Assembly: GCA_963666115.2 (NCBI GenBank)
Contig: CAXXET010000007.1
Location: forward strand, 256,595 to 320,594
Direction: 5' to 3'
DNA from: Dehalococcoidia bacterium
GTDB lineage: Bacteria; Chloroflexota; Dehalococcoidia; UBA6926
Length of the DNA stretch: 64,000 nt
The notes under the pieces were generated by a model that saw only the letters and a list, made by a program, of their open reading frames with translations, made no database searches and was not told where the DNA came from. A program made the position numbers and the translations under genes. Shown here piece by piece: positions 11,696-19,900 of this stretch. Within the stretch, counting starts at the first letter, position 1. Each line of letters opens with the position of its first letter.

Positions 11696-11995
11696 TTAGT
11701 CTCCAATTGATCCAGGGAAGCGTCGGCTGCTGTGCCGGATATGAAGAAGCTCCACACCATCTTCGATCGGCCGGTAGAAGGTCACGTACGGAGTTGAGGG
11801 CGCGGCGAACGTCCGAATACCAAGGCCTGACTCCGGACGTGATGCGCCCATGCGTGGTTGATCGGCCAGACGAAAGCAAAGGGCTTCCAGGCGGTCAACC
11901 AGCCTGTGAGCGTTGGCTACGCTGTCATCGGCTACGTAGTCGGTAATCTGCTGAAGATCGCGGAGTGATCGCTGGGAAAAGACGCAACGGCTCAT
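11696..11995 (-). CDS. RelE/ParE family type II toxin
   Basis: RDLQQITDYVA.DS...A, LADQPRMG..R.E, FYR, ELLHIRHSSR. 4-nt overlap with the upstream antitoxin. Confidence 0.85.
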   Translation of the reverse strand: MSRCVFSQRSLRDLQQITDYVADDSVANAHRLVDRLEALCFRLADQPRMGASRPESGLGIRTFAAPSTPYVTFYRPIEDGVELLHIRHSSRRFPGSIGD

Positions 11996-12258
11996 TCGAC
12001 GTGCTGCTCTGTTTCCCGAATCCGCTCCCGCACATCGGCGAAGACCTCTTCGGCGGTGTACACCTCGCCGCGGGCGATCTGGTCGATGCTGGTCTGGATC
12101 TTCTCGCGGATGTCCGCGAGTTCCTCTTCGTAGCCCTCGTCGCCCGGCCTCAGGAGGCCCATCTCATCGCCGAATCCGTCGTCAGACGCGCCGTTCCGGC
12201 CGGGCTCAGCGGGAGCGCCGGCGGAGGCCTTGGTCTCGTCTCTGTCAGAGATGTCCAT
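11992..12258 (-). CDS. Putative antitoxin (ParD-like C-terminal region)
   Basis: Acidic 88 aa ORF coupled to the toxin. LADIREKIQTSIDQIARGEVYTAEEVF resembles ParD toxin-binding tails. Confidence 0.65.
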   Translation of the reverse strand: MDISDRDETKASAGAPAEPGRNGASDDGFGDEMGLLRPGDEGYEEELADIREKIQTSIDQIARGEVYTAEEVFADVRERIRETEQHVE

Positions 12259-12370
12259 GCGCCAAGGCTACTCCGTTGGACAATCTGTGGCAACCGGCGG
12301 CGCCCTTACGCAGGCGGGTCATCATGAGTATCATGACAACAGGACGCCGAAGAGCAGGAGACCATATCCC

Positions 12371-12721
12371 ATGCCAAACATTGAGTTCTATCATTGGACG
12401 ACTTGAAACACCTGCAAGACAGCGAAAGCGGCGCTTTCGCAAGCGGGTCACGAGTTCGCGGAGCGCGACTTCTTCAAGGAGCGCATGACGCGGGAGGAGA
12501 TTGTCGCGCTGCTGGGCGACTCGCCGCCCAGCGCGTTGTTCAATCCCAGGTCGCAGGCGCTCAAGAAGGCAGGAATCGATGTCGCGTCACTGAGCGAGGA
12601 TCAGATGCTTGACCTGCTCGTCGAGGAGCCGCGCTACTGGCGGCGTCCGGTGGCGGTCATCGATGGCAAGCTGGTGGCGGGAGCAAACGCCAAGACGCTG
12701 GCAGCGGAACTGGGACTGTAG
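12371..12721 (+). CDS. ArsC/Spx/MgsR-family thioredoxin-fold protein, probable selenoprotein (UxxC)
   Basis: AGGAG RBS, then ATG 12371 reads MPNIEFYHWTT-TGA(12404-12406)-NTCKTAKAAL..RDFFKERMTREE, in frame with ORF 12485-12721 (EPRYWRRPV). 116 aa in total. Confidence 0.85.
12410..12448 (+). promoter_or_regulatory. Candidate bacterial SECIS element
   Basis: Lower stem ACCTGC(12410-15)/GCGGGT(12443-48). Perfect 8-bp upper stem GCGAAAGC(12422-29)/GCTTTCGC(12433-40) with G-starting loop GGC, about 23 nt after the UGA. Confidence 0.7.
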
Positions 12722-12726
12722 CGGCG

Positions 12727-13170
12727 CTATTTCTTGGTCGGTAGCTCTACCGTCGCCGCGCCGGGGGTGACCTTTTCGCCTTTCTGGTTGGTGATCAACA
12801 TCTCAAGATCAACGACGTTCCGGCCTTCATCATCCACGCGCTTATCCGTCACGCGGCCCGTGCACGTCAGCATGTCGTTCTTGAAATTGATGCCGCGCAG
12901 TTGGGCATTCAGCGTCAGGATCACGCCCTCTTCGCCGATCCACTTGCGGACCAGCGTGTGCAGGTAGGAAACACGGATGCGCCCCTGCCCGATGACCGCC
13001 GGCTGGCCGTTCTCCTTCGCCCCCTCATCGTCCATGTGGTACGGCACGAACTCATCGTACGTGGCAGCCCAGCGATTCCAGTTCATCAAGTCCGTCACGC
13101 GCTCAAACGGCGGCAACTCCTGACCGACCTCAACATCGTCCCAATAAAGCGTTGCTTCTTGCGTCGTCAT
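12727..13170 (-). CDS. MaoC-family dehydratase
   Basis: YWDDVEVGQELP, DEFVPYHMD (D..H hydratase-like motif), NQKGEKVTPGAATVELP. Confidence 0.85.
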   Translation of the reverse strand: MTTQEATLYWDDVEVGQELPPFERVTDLMNWNRWAATYDEFVPYHMDDEGAKENGQPAVIGQGRIRVSYLHTLVRKWIGEEGVILTLNAQLRGINFKNDMLTCTGRVTDKRVDDEGRNVVDLEMLITNQKGEKVTPGAATVELPTKK

Positions 13171-13189
13171 ATCATCGTCCCCGTTGCTG

Positions 13190-13729
13190 TCACCACGCGA
13201 TATTCGTCGTGCGCGTTGTCTTGACCACCGCGCCGTCCTGCTTTGTCCAGGTTTCCTCCGTGATGTAGAAGAGCATGGGGCCGAGACGGCCGCTGCGCTC
13301 GTAGAGGTCCGTCGCGGTGATCACACTGGTAATCTCATCGCCCGGCCGCATCCGTTCGTGGTAGACAGTGTCCACGCCCCCAAACAGGAAATTCGGCGGC
13401 GCGCCGGGCGGGCGCAGGTTGCGGGCCTCTTCCAACTCAGACTGAGCCGTGTCCAGGCGATCAGGCTGCGGGCCGACATGGGCGCGGCCAATCATCCACG
13501 CGAACGGGTTGAACTCCTCCGGCGCGATGATGCCGCCCCACCGCGTTTGCGCGGCGTGCTCCGCGTCCCAATAGACGCGCGGCGGCACCTCCGGCCAATA
13601 GATGGAGATAGCGGCGCGGCGGATATCGCTCTCGGAGATCGGCGGCGATGTCAACGGCGGCGCAGTTGAACCAACCCATGCGCGCATCGCATCGGTAATC
13701 AGGGGCTGTCCGTCGCCGCCGGAGGTCAC
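13190..13729 (-). CDS. MaoC_dehydrat_N (FAS1-like) hot-dog protein, partner of the downstream MaoC
   Basis: DIRRAA....P..YWD..A..TRWGGIIAP, MRPGDEI, ERSGRLGPMLF. Confidence 0.8.
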   Translation of the reverse strand: MTSGGDGQPLITDAMRAWVGSTAPPLTSPPISESDIRRAAISIYWPEVPPRVYWDAEHAAQTRWGGIIAPEEFNPFAWMIGRAHVGPQPDRLDTAQSELEEARNLRPPGAPPNFLFGGVDTVYHERMRPGDEITSVITATDLYERSGRLGPMLFYITEETWTKQDGAVVKTTRTTNIAW

Positions 13730-13749
13730 AGGCTCACCTCACTGTCAGC

Positions 13750-14193
13750 CTACTTCTTCAACTCCTTTTCGAGGTTCTTGATGAAGTCTTTCATCTGGGA
13801 GTTGGCCTTGGAGCGGATGAACGGCTGCCCCATCGTGCCCAGCTTGCCCATGAACTGGATGTCCGTTGCGACGGTGAGGGTCGAACTGTCCGCGCCCGCC
13901 TCGGCGATGGCCGCGTCGACGATGACGCGCAGCCCGCCGCCCGCAAGCGCCTTCGCGTTGCCCTCGATGCGCCACGTATAGTCCTCGGCGTTCTGCGTGG
14001 TCGTCAACTCTCCGTCGAGGCTGATCTTCATCGGGCCGACGCGCGTCTCCATTTTCCCGGAATACGTGTCCGGGCCTGTTTCGGCGACGTCCCTGACGCC
14101 GGGAATCAACCCCGCCGCGCGGGGGACGTCCTGCAACAGCGCCCACACGTCCTCACGCGACGCGCCCACCTGCGATTCCTGTTCGATCTTCAT
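13750..14193 (-). CDS. coxG: CoxG/SRPBCC family protein
   Basis: VWALLQD...AGLIPG, VGPMK, GKLGTMGQ..I...A...F..NL. Follows coxS/coxM-like genes. Confidence 0.8.
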   Translation of the reverse strand: MKIEQESQVGASREDVWALLQDVPRAAGLIPGVRDVAETGPDTYSGKMETRVGPMKISLDGELTTTQNAEDYTWRIEGNAKALAGGGLRVIVDAAIAEAGADSSTLTVATDIQFMGKLGTMGQPFIRSKANSQMKDFIKNLEKELKK

Positions 14194-14230
14194 TCCCTGT
14201 GATTGTCCTTTCGCCGGTGATGGCCGGCTG

Positions 14231-15091
14231 CTATTCGAGTCCCAGCACGCGCGTCAGCGCCCGCCGCGTGAACACCACCGCCATGTCCGTCTTGTACTCC
14301 GCGGAGCCTCGGAAGTCCGGCGTCGGCGCGCACAGATCGCGCACCGTCTCCGCCGCCTCACGCACCAGGTCTGCCGTCGGGGCCTTGCCCACCAGCACGC
14401 CCGCGACGCTCTCCGCGTACACGGCTGTCGAATTGACCGCGCCCAAGCCGACGCGCGCGTCCGTCACCACGCCGCCGTCAACCACCCCGAGCGCGGAGAC
14501 CGCGACCGTCGGATAATCGTCTGCCGTGCGTGGCAGGAACTTGATGTACGTGGTCTTCGCATTCGCCGGAGCCGCCGGAACGGTGATGCCCGTCACAATC
14601 TCGCCCTCTTCAACGCCCGTCGTGTAGTAGTCAACGAACCAGTCGTCTCGAACCTTGACCGTCCGCTCCCCGTCCTTCGATGCCACGTGAACGCTCGCGT
14701 CGAGCACGAGGAGCGTGGGGGGCGGGTCCTGCGCCGGGTCGCCGTGGGCGACGCCGCCGCCGACCGTCGCCGCGTTGCGCACGCGCACCGTCGCGACCTC
14801 GCCATAGGTCTCGGTCAGGAGCGGGACATTCTCATGGACGACGCTCGACGTCGCCATCTCCTGCTGCGTCGTGCGGCCTCCCACCTGCAGGCCCTCGCCC
14901 GTCATGCGGATGTAGTCGAGGCCGTCGACGTTCTGGAGGCTGACCAGGTGGTCAACGTAGATGAGGTCTTGCTTCATCATGTTGATCAAGCCGGTGCCGC
15001 CGGAAATGACGCGCGCCTCCTCGCCGTAGTCGCTCAGCAGGCTGTGGGCCTCCGCCAGCGTGGAGGGCGTGTGGAACTGGAAGTCTCTCAT
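14231..15091 (-). CDS. Xanthine dehydrogenase/CoxM-family FAD-binding (medium) subunit
   Basis: Start MRDFQFHTPSTLAEA at 15091; SGGTGL, VRNAATVGG..AHGDPAQD, DFRGSAEYK. Confidence 0.9.
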   Translation of the reverse strand: MRDFQFHTPSTLAEAHSLLSDYGEEARVISGGTGLINMMKQDLIYVDHLVSLQNVDGLDYIRMTGEGLQVGGRTTQQEMATSSVVHENVPLLTETYGEVATVRVRNAATVGGGVAHGDPAQDPPPTLLVLDASVHVASKDGERTVKVRDDWFVDYYTTGVEEGEIVTGITVPAAPANAKTTYIKFLPRTADDYPTVAVSALGVVDGGVVTDARVGLGAVNSTAVYAESVAGVLVGKAPTADLVREAAETVRDLCAPTPDFRGSAEYKTDMAVVFTRRALTRVLGLE

Positions 15092-15102
15092 GTCGCCCTC
15101 CC

Positions 15103-15597
15103 CTAGTTGCCCAGCCGGATCATTTCGCCGGCCTTCTGGATGGATTCGATAATCTTGTAGTAGCCCGTGCAGCGGCACAGGTTGCCCATCATCCAGTCCT
15201 TGATCTCGTCCTCCGTGGGATCGGGATTCTGCTGGAGCAGGGCGCGCGAGGCCATGATCTGGCCGGGCGTGCAGATGCCGCACTGGAACCCGCCGTAGTT
15301 CATGAATGCCTCTTGCAGCGGGTGCAGCTTGTCGCCGTCCGCCACGCCCTCGATGGTCGTGAGATTCGCGCCGTTGGCCTGGACGGCGAGCAGGATGCAG
15401 GACGAGACGATCACACCGTCCATCTCCACCGTGCAGATGCCGCACACGCCGACGCTGCAGGCCTCCTTGGTGCCCGTCAGGCCTAGGTCATACCGGATGA
15501 AATCGACGAGCGTTCGTCGAGGCGGAACCTCCGCCGAATACTCCGTGCCGTTGATGGTGACCGTCACCGGCACGCGGGCCACTGTGTCTGTCGTCAT
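15103..15597 (-). CDS. Xanthine dehydrogenase/CoxS-family 2Fe-2S (small) subunit
   Basis: [37 protein letters not shown]. Confidence 0.93.
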   Translation of the reverse strand: MTTDTVARVPVTVTINGTEYSAEVPPRRTLVDFIRYDLGLTGTKEACSVGVCGICTVEMDGVIVSSCILLAVQANGANLTTIEGVADGDKLHPLQEAFMNYGGFQCGICTPGQIMASRALLQQNPDPTEDEIKDWMMGNLCRCTGYYKIIESIQKAGEMIRLGN

Positions 15598-15735
15598 AGA
15601 TTCCTACCCCTCCCCACCAATGATTGCGTTAGGCGCAGCACACGTTGATTATAGCAGTGCGTGCATTGGCGTGCCGCACTGTGTTACAACTCAAACAGCG
15701 GTTTCGCGCAGCGCCGGGCAAGAAGGGAGCAGGTC

Positions 15736-16023
15736 ATGTCCGCCTATCTGATCGCCGATGTTGAGGTTACGGATGAAAGCCTCTTTACGCAGTTTCGCGA
15801 GCGGATGACGCCCGCCATCGAATCCTACGGCGGCAGGTTCATTGAGCGAGGGGGCGAGATCGAGGTCATCGAGGGCTCCTGGGCGCCGAAGCGCCTCGCC
15901 ATTGTCCGGTTCGACAGCATGGAGCAGGCCCGCGCATGGCTGGACTCGTCCGAGAACCACGCGCTCGATGATATTCGACACAGGTCGTCCAACATCAACA
16001 TCGTGCTCGTCCAGGGCGTCTAG
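15736..16023 (+). CDS. DUF1330 family protein
   Basis: MSAYLIADV, YGGRFIERGG..EVIEG.W.P, F.SMEQARAW..S. Confidence 0.85.
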   Translation: MSAYLIADVEVTDESLFTQFRERMTPAIESYGGRFIERGGEIEVIEGSWAPKRLAIVRFDSMEQARAWLDSSENHALDDIRHRSSNINIVLVQGV

Positions 16024-16150
16024 CGAACCTCGTACGCCCACATCTCGTGCCAGGCGTCCGGCTCGCCGTTGCCAGCATCCCCGGCGTCCAGAGTTTACCG
16101 CACGAACCACGCCCATACCCTGCTACACTGAATAGACAGGAGTGCCTACG

Positions 16151-16441
16151 ATGACTACCAAAAAGAAGAGACTCAGCCTGGATGTGGACGCCGATTTTCA
16201 GCAGCGTCTGAAGGACGTCGCCGCAAGCAAGGGCGTCAGCATGCGCCGGTATTGCGAGGACGCCATAGACAATGCCCTTGCGCAAGACGAGGCGAAAGGC
16301 AAGAGGGACAAACGTCCCGCCCATGAAGTGTTCGCAGAGTTGCGGCAGAAGTACTTTGGCGACAAGATTCTACCCGGAAATTCCGCCGATATGATCCGCG
16401 AGGCGCGTGCGATCAGAGACGCCCAAATGGCCGAATGGTGA
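16151..16441 (+). CDS. Putative VapB-type antitoxin (RHH-like)
   Basis: KRLSLDV...QRLK..AA..GVSM, C-terminal SADMIREAR. TGATG overlap with the PIN gene. Confidence 0.7.
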   Translation: MTTKKKRLSLDVDADFQQRLKDVAASKGVSMRRYCEDAIDNALAQDEAKGKRDKRPAHEVFAELRQKYFGDKILPGNSADMIREARAIRDAQMAEW

Positions 16442-16881
16442 TGCCCGGGGTCGTTGTCGTTGACGCGAGCTTGGTAGTTAAGTGGCTGATTAGGGAAGAG
16501 GACTCCGACAAGGCCCACGCTCTCCTCCAGTCCTGGAAAGATCAGGGAATACGGCTGGCTGCCCCGTACCTCATGCCTTTTGAGGTAACCAACGCTCTTC
16601 ACCAGCGAGTTATACAAGGCGAGCTAAGCGTTGCAGGGGCTGGCGATATGGTTGAGAATCTCCTGTCGTCAGGGCCTGAACTACATCAGACAGCGGGCCT
16701 CCACGCACGGGCACTGGAATTAGCCAGTGAACTCCGGCAGGGCGCGTCCTACGATGCCCATTACCTCGCGCTGGCCGAAGAGTTCGGCTGCGAACTGTGG
16801 ACTGCCGACCGTCGGTTCCACCGTGCCGCAGAGCAGGCCGGCAACGTCCACCTGATCGCCGACTGGGTCACGCCGCAGTAG
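16441..16881 (+). CDS. vapC: VapC/PIN domain toxin
   Basis: VVVDASLVVKW, FEVTNAL, SYDAHYLALA, LWTADRR. Confidence 0.9.
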   Translation: MPGVVVVDASLVVKWLIREEDSDKAHALLQSWKDQGIRLAAPYLMPFEVTNALHQRVIQGELSVAGAGDMVENLLSSGPELHQTAGLHARALELASELRQGASYDAHYLALAEEFGCELWTADRRFHRAAEQAGNVHLIADWVTPQ

Positions 16882-16885
16882 AGGT

Positions 16886-16930
16886 CCCCCTCACCCTAGC
16901 CCTTCGACAGGCTCAGGGTGAACGGGGGGG
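16886..16930. repeat. REP-like imperfect palindrome between convergent genes
   Basis: CCCCC-TCACCCT-AGCC...TTCG...GGCT-C-AGGGTGA-AC-GGGGG folds into a long stem and contains CCTTCGACAGGCTCAGG. Confidence 0.55.
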
Positions 16931-16955
16931 CGCAGGGCGCACGGTGGGGGGTGGG

Positions 16956-19900
16956 CTACTGGATGCGGTGCCAGCCGCTCCAACTGCCCCAGATTAGGTT
17001 GAATGCCCTTACGCGGAAGTAGTTGCCGTTGTTGGAGTAGTGGTTGCAGTGCTGGTTGCCGCCCACGTACTTGCTCGTGGTGGTGGACTCGCCCGCGTCG
17101 CTAACTGCTATGGCCCGCTTGCACTGCACGTTGTACTTGGTGATGCCGGTTTGGCCGTTGCCGGTATTGGAGGGCGCGGTCCAGTGGACGTTATTCTTGT
17201 CTCCGCCCAAGCCCGTCGCCGTGCCCGGGGCGGCGAGGGCCGGGAGGGATGACGACTGCACCCAGGCGCTGTTGTTGCCGGTGCCGTAGACGGCCCGGAT
17301 GCGGATTATGTAGGAGTTGCCTTTGTGCAGGCCCGTGATCGTGCGGCTTGTGGCCGTGGCGGCTATCGCCGTGCTGTCGGAGGTCCAGTTTGTGCCGCTG
17401 TCCGTGCTGTACGCCGTCTCATAGGCAGTGATGCCCGTTCCGTCCGGCGCAGTCCACGAGAGCTCGACGCTGTCGCTGTTGTCCGATCCGCTGTACGTCC
17501 GCGTCGCGGTGAAGCTCGTCGGCGCGGGCGCGGTCTTGAACGAGGTGGCCAGTCCGAGCGCGGTGGAGCAGGCGGAATCGCTGTACGCGGTGTAGGTATA
17601 CGTCGTGTTCGCGGTCAGCCCCGTCAGCGTCGCGGTGGACGTTCCCGCGCTCACCACCGACGAGCAGGACGTGTGCGGGCCGGTGGTGGCCTTGTAGCGC
17701 CAGGCCGCCGGGTGCCGGATGATGGTCAGCGTCGCGCCCGTGCCGGAGATGTTGGACACGCTCAGCGCGGGCCGCTGTTCGGCGGCAGGCAGGTAGTCGC
17801 CGTACTCCAGGATCGGATACTGGTTCGCCGTGCCGAAGTCCCAGGGGTCATCGTTGCCCGTCACGTCGTCCACGTTCACGTTCCAGGTCGCGTAGATGCC
17901 GGTGTAGCCCGTCGGCGTCTGGAGCTCCGAGGTGGTCTTGGCCGTGCCCGCAGGGCTGCTGGACTTGCCGGAGGTGGTGGTGTCCCAGTAGCTGGTCGTA
18001 ACCGTGCTGCTGCCCTCGTTTGTGCCGACCAGACCGCCCCTGTTCTTGTTCGCGCCGCTGCTAGATCCGACGGTGCCGGTGGAGTAACTGGCGGTGATGG
18101 TTCCGTTGTTGTTTCTGCCAACCAGGCCGCCGTCCCATGCGCGGGTTGCATTGGAGCTGACGTTGCCCGTTGCGTAGGAGGCGATGATAGTACCGCCGTT
18201 GTTGATTGCCACCAGCCCGCCGGCGCGGCTATTGCCGAGGGCCTGGTTGGTAACGCTGGTCTCGGCGCGCACGCTGCCGGAGGCGTAGCTCGCGGCTATG
18301 GTTCCCTTGTTCACTGCGACCAGCCCGGCGGCGCGCGCGTCGCCGTTGGCCGAAACACCCCGGCTGGTAACGGCTGCGGTGGAGTAGCTGGCGCCGATGG
18401 TGCCCTCGTACGCGGTGGCGCCGGAGCCGCCCTTGTCGTTCACACCAACCAGTCCGCCCACCTGGATCCAGGTGGTCGAGGACGTCCGCTGCGAACTTCC
18501 CGTCACGCTGCCGCTGGACCAGACGCCGATGATGGCTCCCCGGTTGTCCGCCGCGAGAGCGCCGGCGAAAATCTCATCCTCCAGCGTGCTGCTGACGGTG
18601 ACGGACACGTTCTCCAGGCCGAGGTTAATGACCGCGCCGCCGCTGCCGATGCCCGCGAAGAGCCCGCCGACGTCGGGCGTGGCGTCCTCGGCGGTGGTGC
18701 TGGCATTTATGTGGAGGTTGGAGAGGGTGAAGCCGCCGCCATCGAAGGTTGCGGTGAAGACGTTGGAGGTATCGCCGATGGGCGTCCAGCCCGCGCCGCT
18801 GTTCCAGTACGTGTCGCCGGAGTCCGCCGTGCCGCTGCCATTGGTATCGAAGTCCAGGTTGGCGGTGAGTTCATAGCCCGTGCACGCGGACGGAGTGGAC
18901 TCATCGTCGTTGCAGCCCATGTTGGACTTGGCGTCGGGGAAGGCCGTGGCGTAGGTGGTCGTGTTGCCGCCGGAGGCCGTGCCGTTGCCGTCCAGGTCCC
19001 AGCGCATGGCGTTCAACTGCGCCAGGCTGCCGACCTCAATCAGCCCGTCGTCGTCCGCGTCGAAGTCGGTGACGGCCAGGAACGACGACGCCGTGGCGAG
19101 CAGGTTCGTATCGGCGCACCCGCTCGCGCTGTAGGCCTTATAGGTGTAGGTGGTGTTGGCGGTCAGGCCGGTCACGGACTCGGTTGACGTGCCGGAGGCG
19201 ACGGGGCCCTGGCAGGTGGAGTCTGGCCCGGTATTGGCCTTGTACCACCACTGCCCTGTGTGTCCTGTGATGGTGAGCGTCGCGCTCGTCGCGGTGACGT
19301 CGGAGACCGTGAGTGTCGCGGCCGTCGTGAACGTCGCCGTGCCCAGCAGGTTGGCGGTCGTGCAGGCGGAATCGCTGTACGCCTTGTAGGTATAGGCCGT
19401 GCCGGGCGAGAGTCCGGTCAGTGTCTCGGTGGTCGCGCTGACCGCGCTCGAGCATGAGGTGTCCGGCCCTGTGTCGGCCTGGTAGTGCCAGTTGCCCGTG
19501 TGTCCGGCAAGGTTGAGGGTCGCGCCGGTGGCGGTGACGCCGGACGCGGTGAGGGCGGCGTCGGTGGTGAAGGCCGCCGCGGCGGCCAGGGCGGTGACGC
19601 AGGAGGAGTCCTTGTAGACGGTGTAGGTGTAGGACGTGCCGGGCGTCAGTCCCGTCAGCGTTTCGGTCGTACCGCTGACCGCGCTCGAGCACGTGGTGTG
19701 TGGCGCGGCATTGGCCTTGTAGTGCCAACTCCCGGTGTGGCCGGAGATGGTGAGGGTCGCGCCGGTGGCGGTGACGCTGCCGGATGTGAGCGTGCGCGCG
19801 CTGGGAATGCCGAAGGCGGAAGCGGACCACTGACCGTCGCCGCGCGCGTTCTTGGCGCGGACCTGCACCTCGTATTCGGTGTTGTTGGTGAGGCCGCTGA

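Noticed and set aside
998-15445. Extended N-termini in the ORF track for carA (998), CoA-transferase (8130) and the FAD subunit (15445)
   Set aside because: They overlap neighbouring genes; homology-like sequence starts at 1094, 8304 and 15091.
13750-15597. Aerobic CO dehydrogenase
   Set aside because: No CoxL with the AYxCSFR motif in the window; S, M and G subunits alone are not diagnostic.
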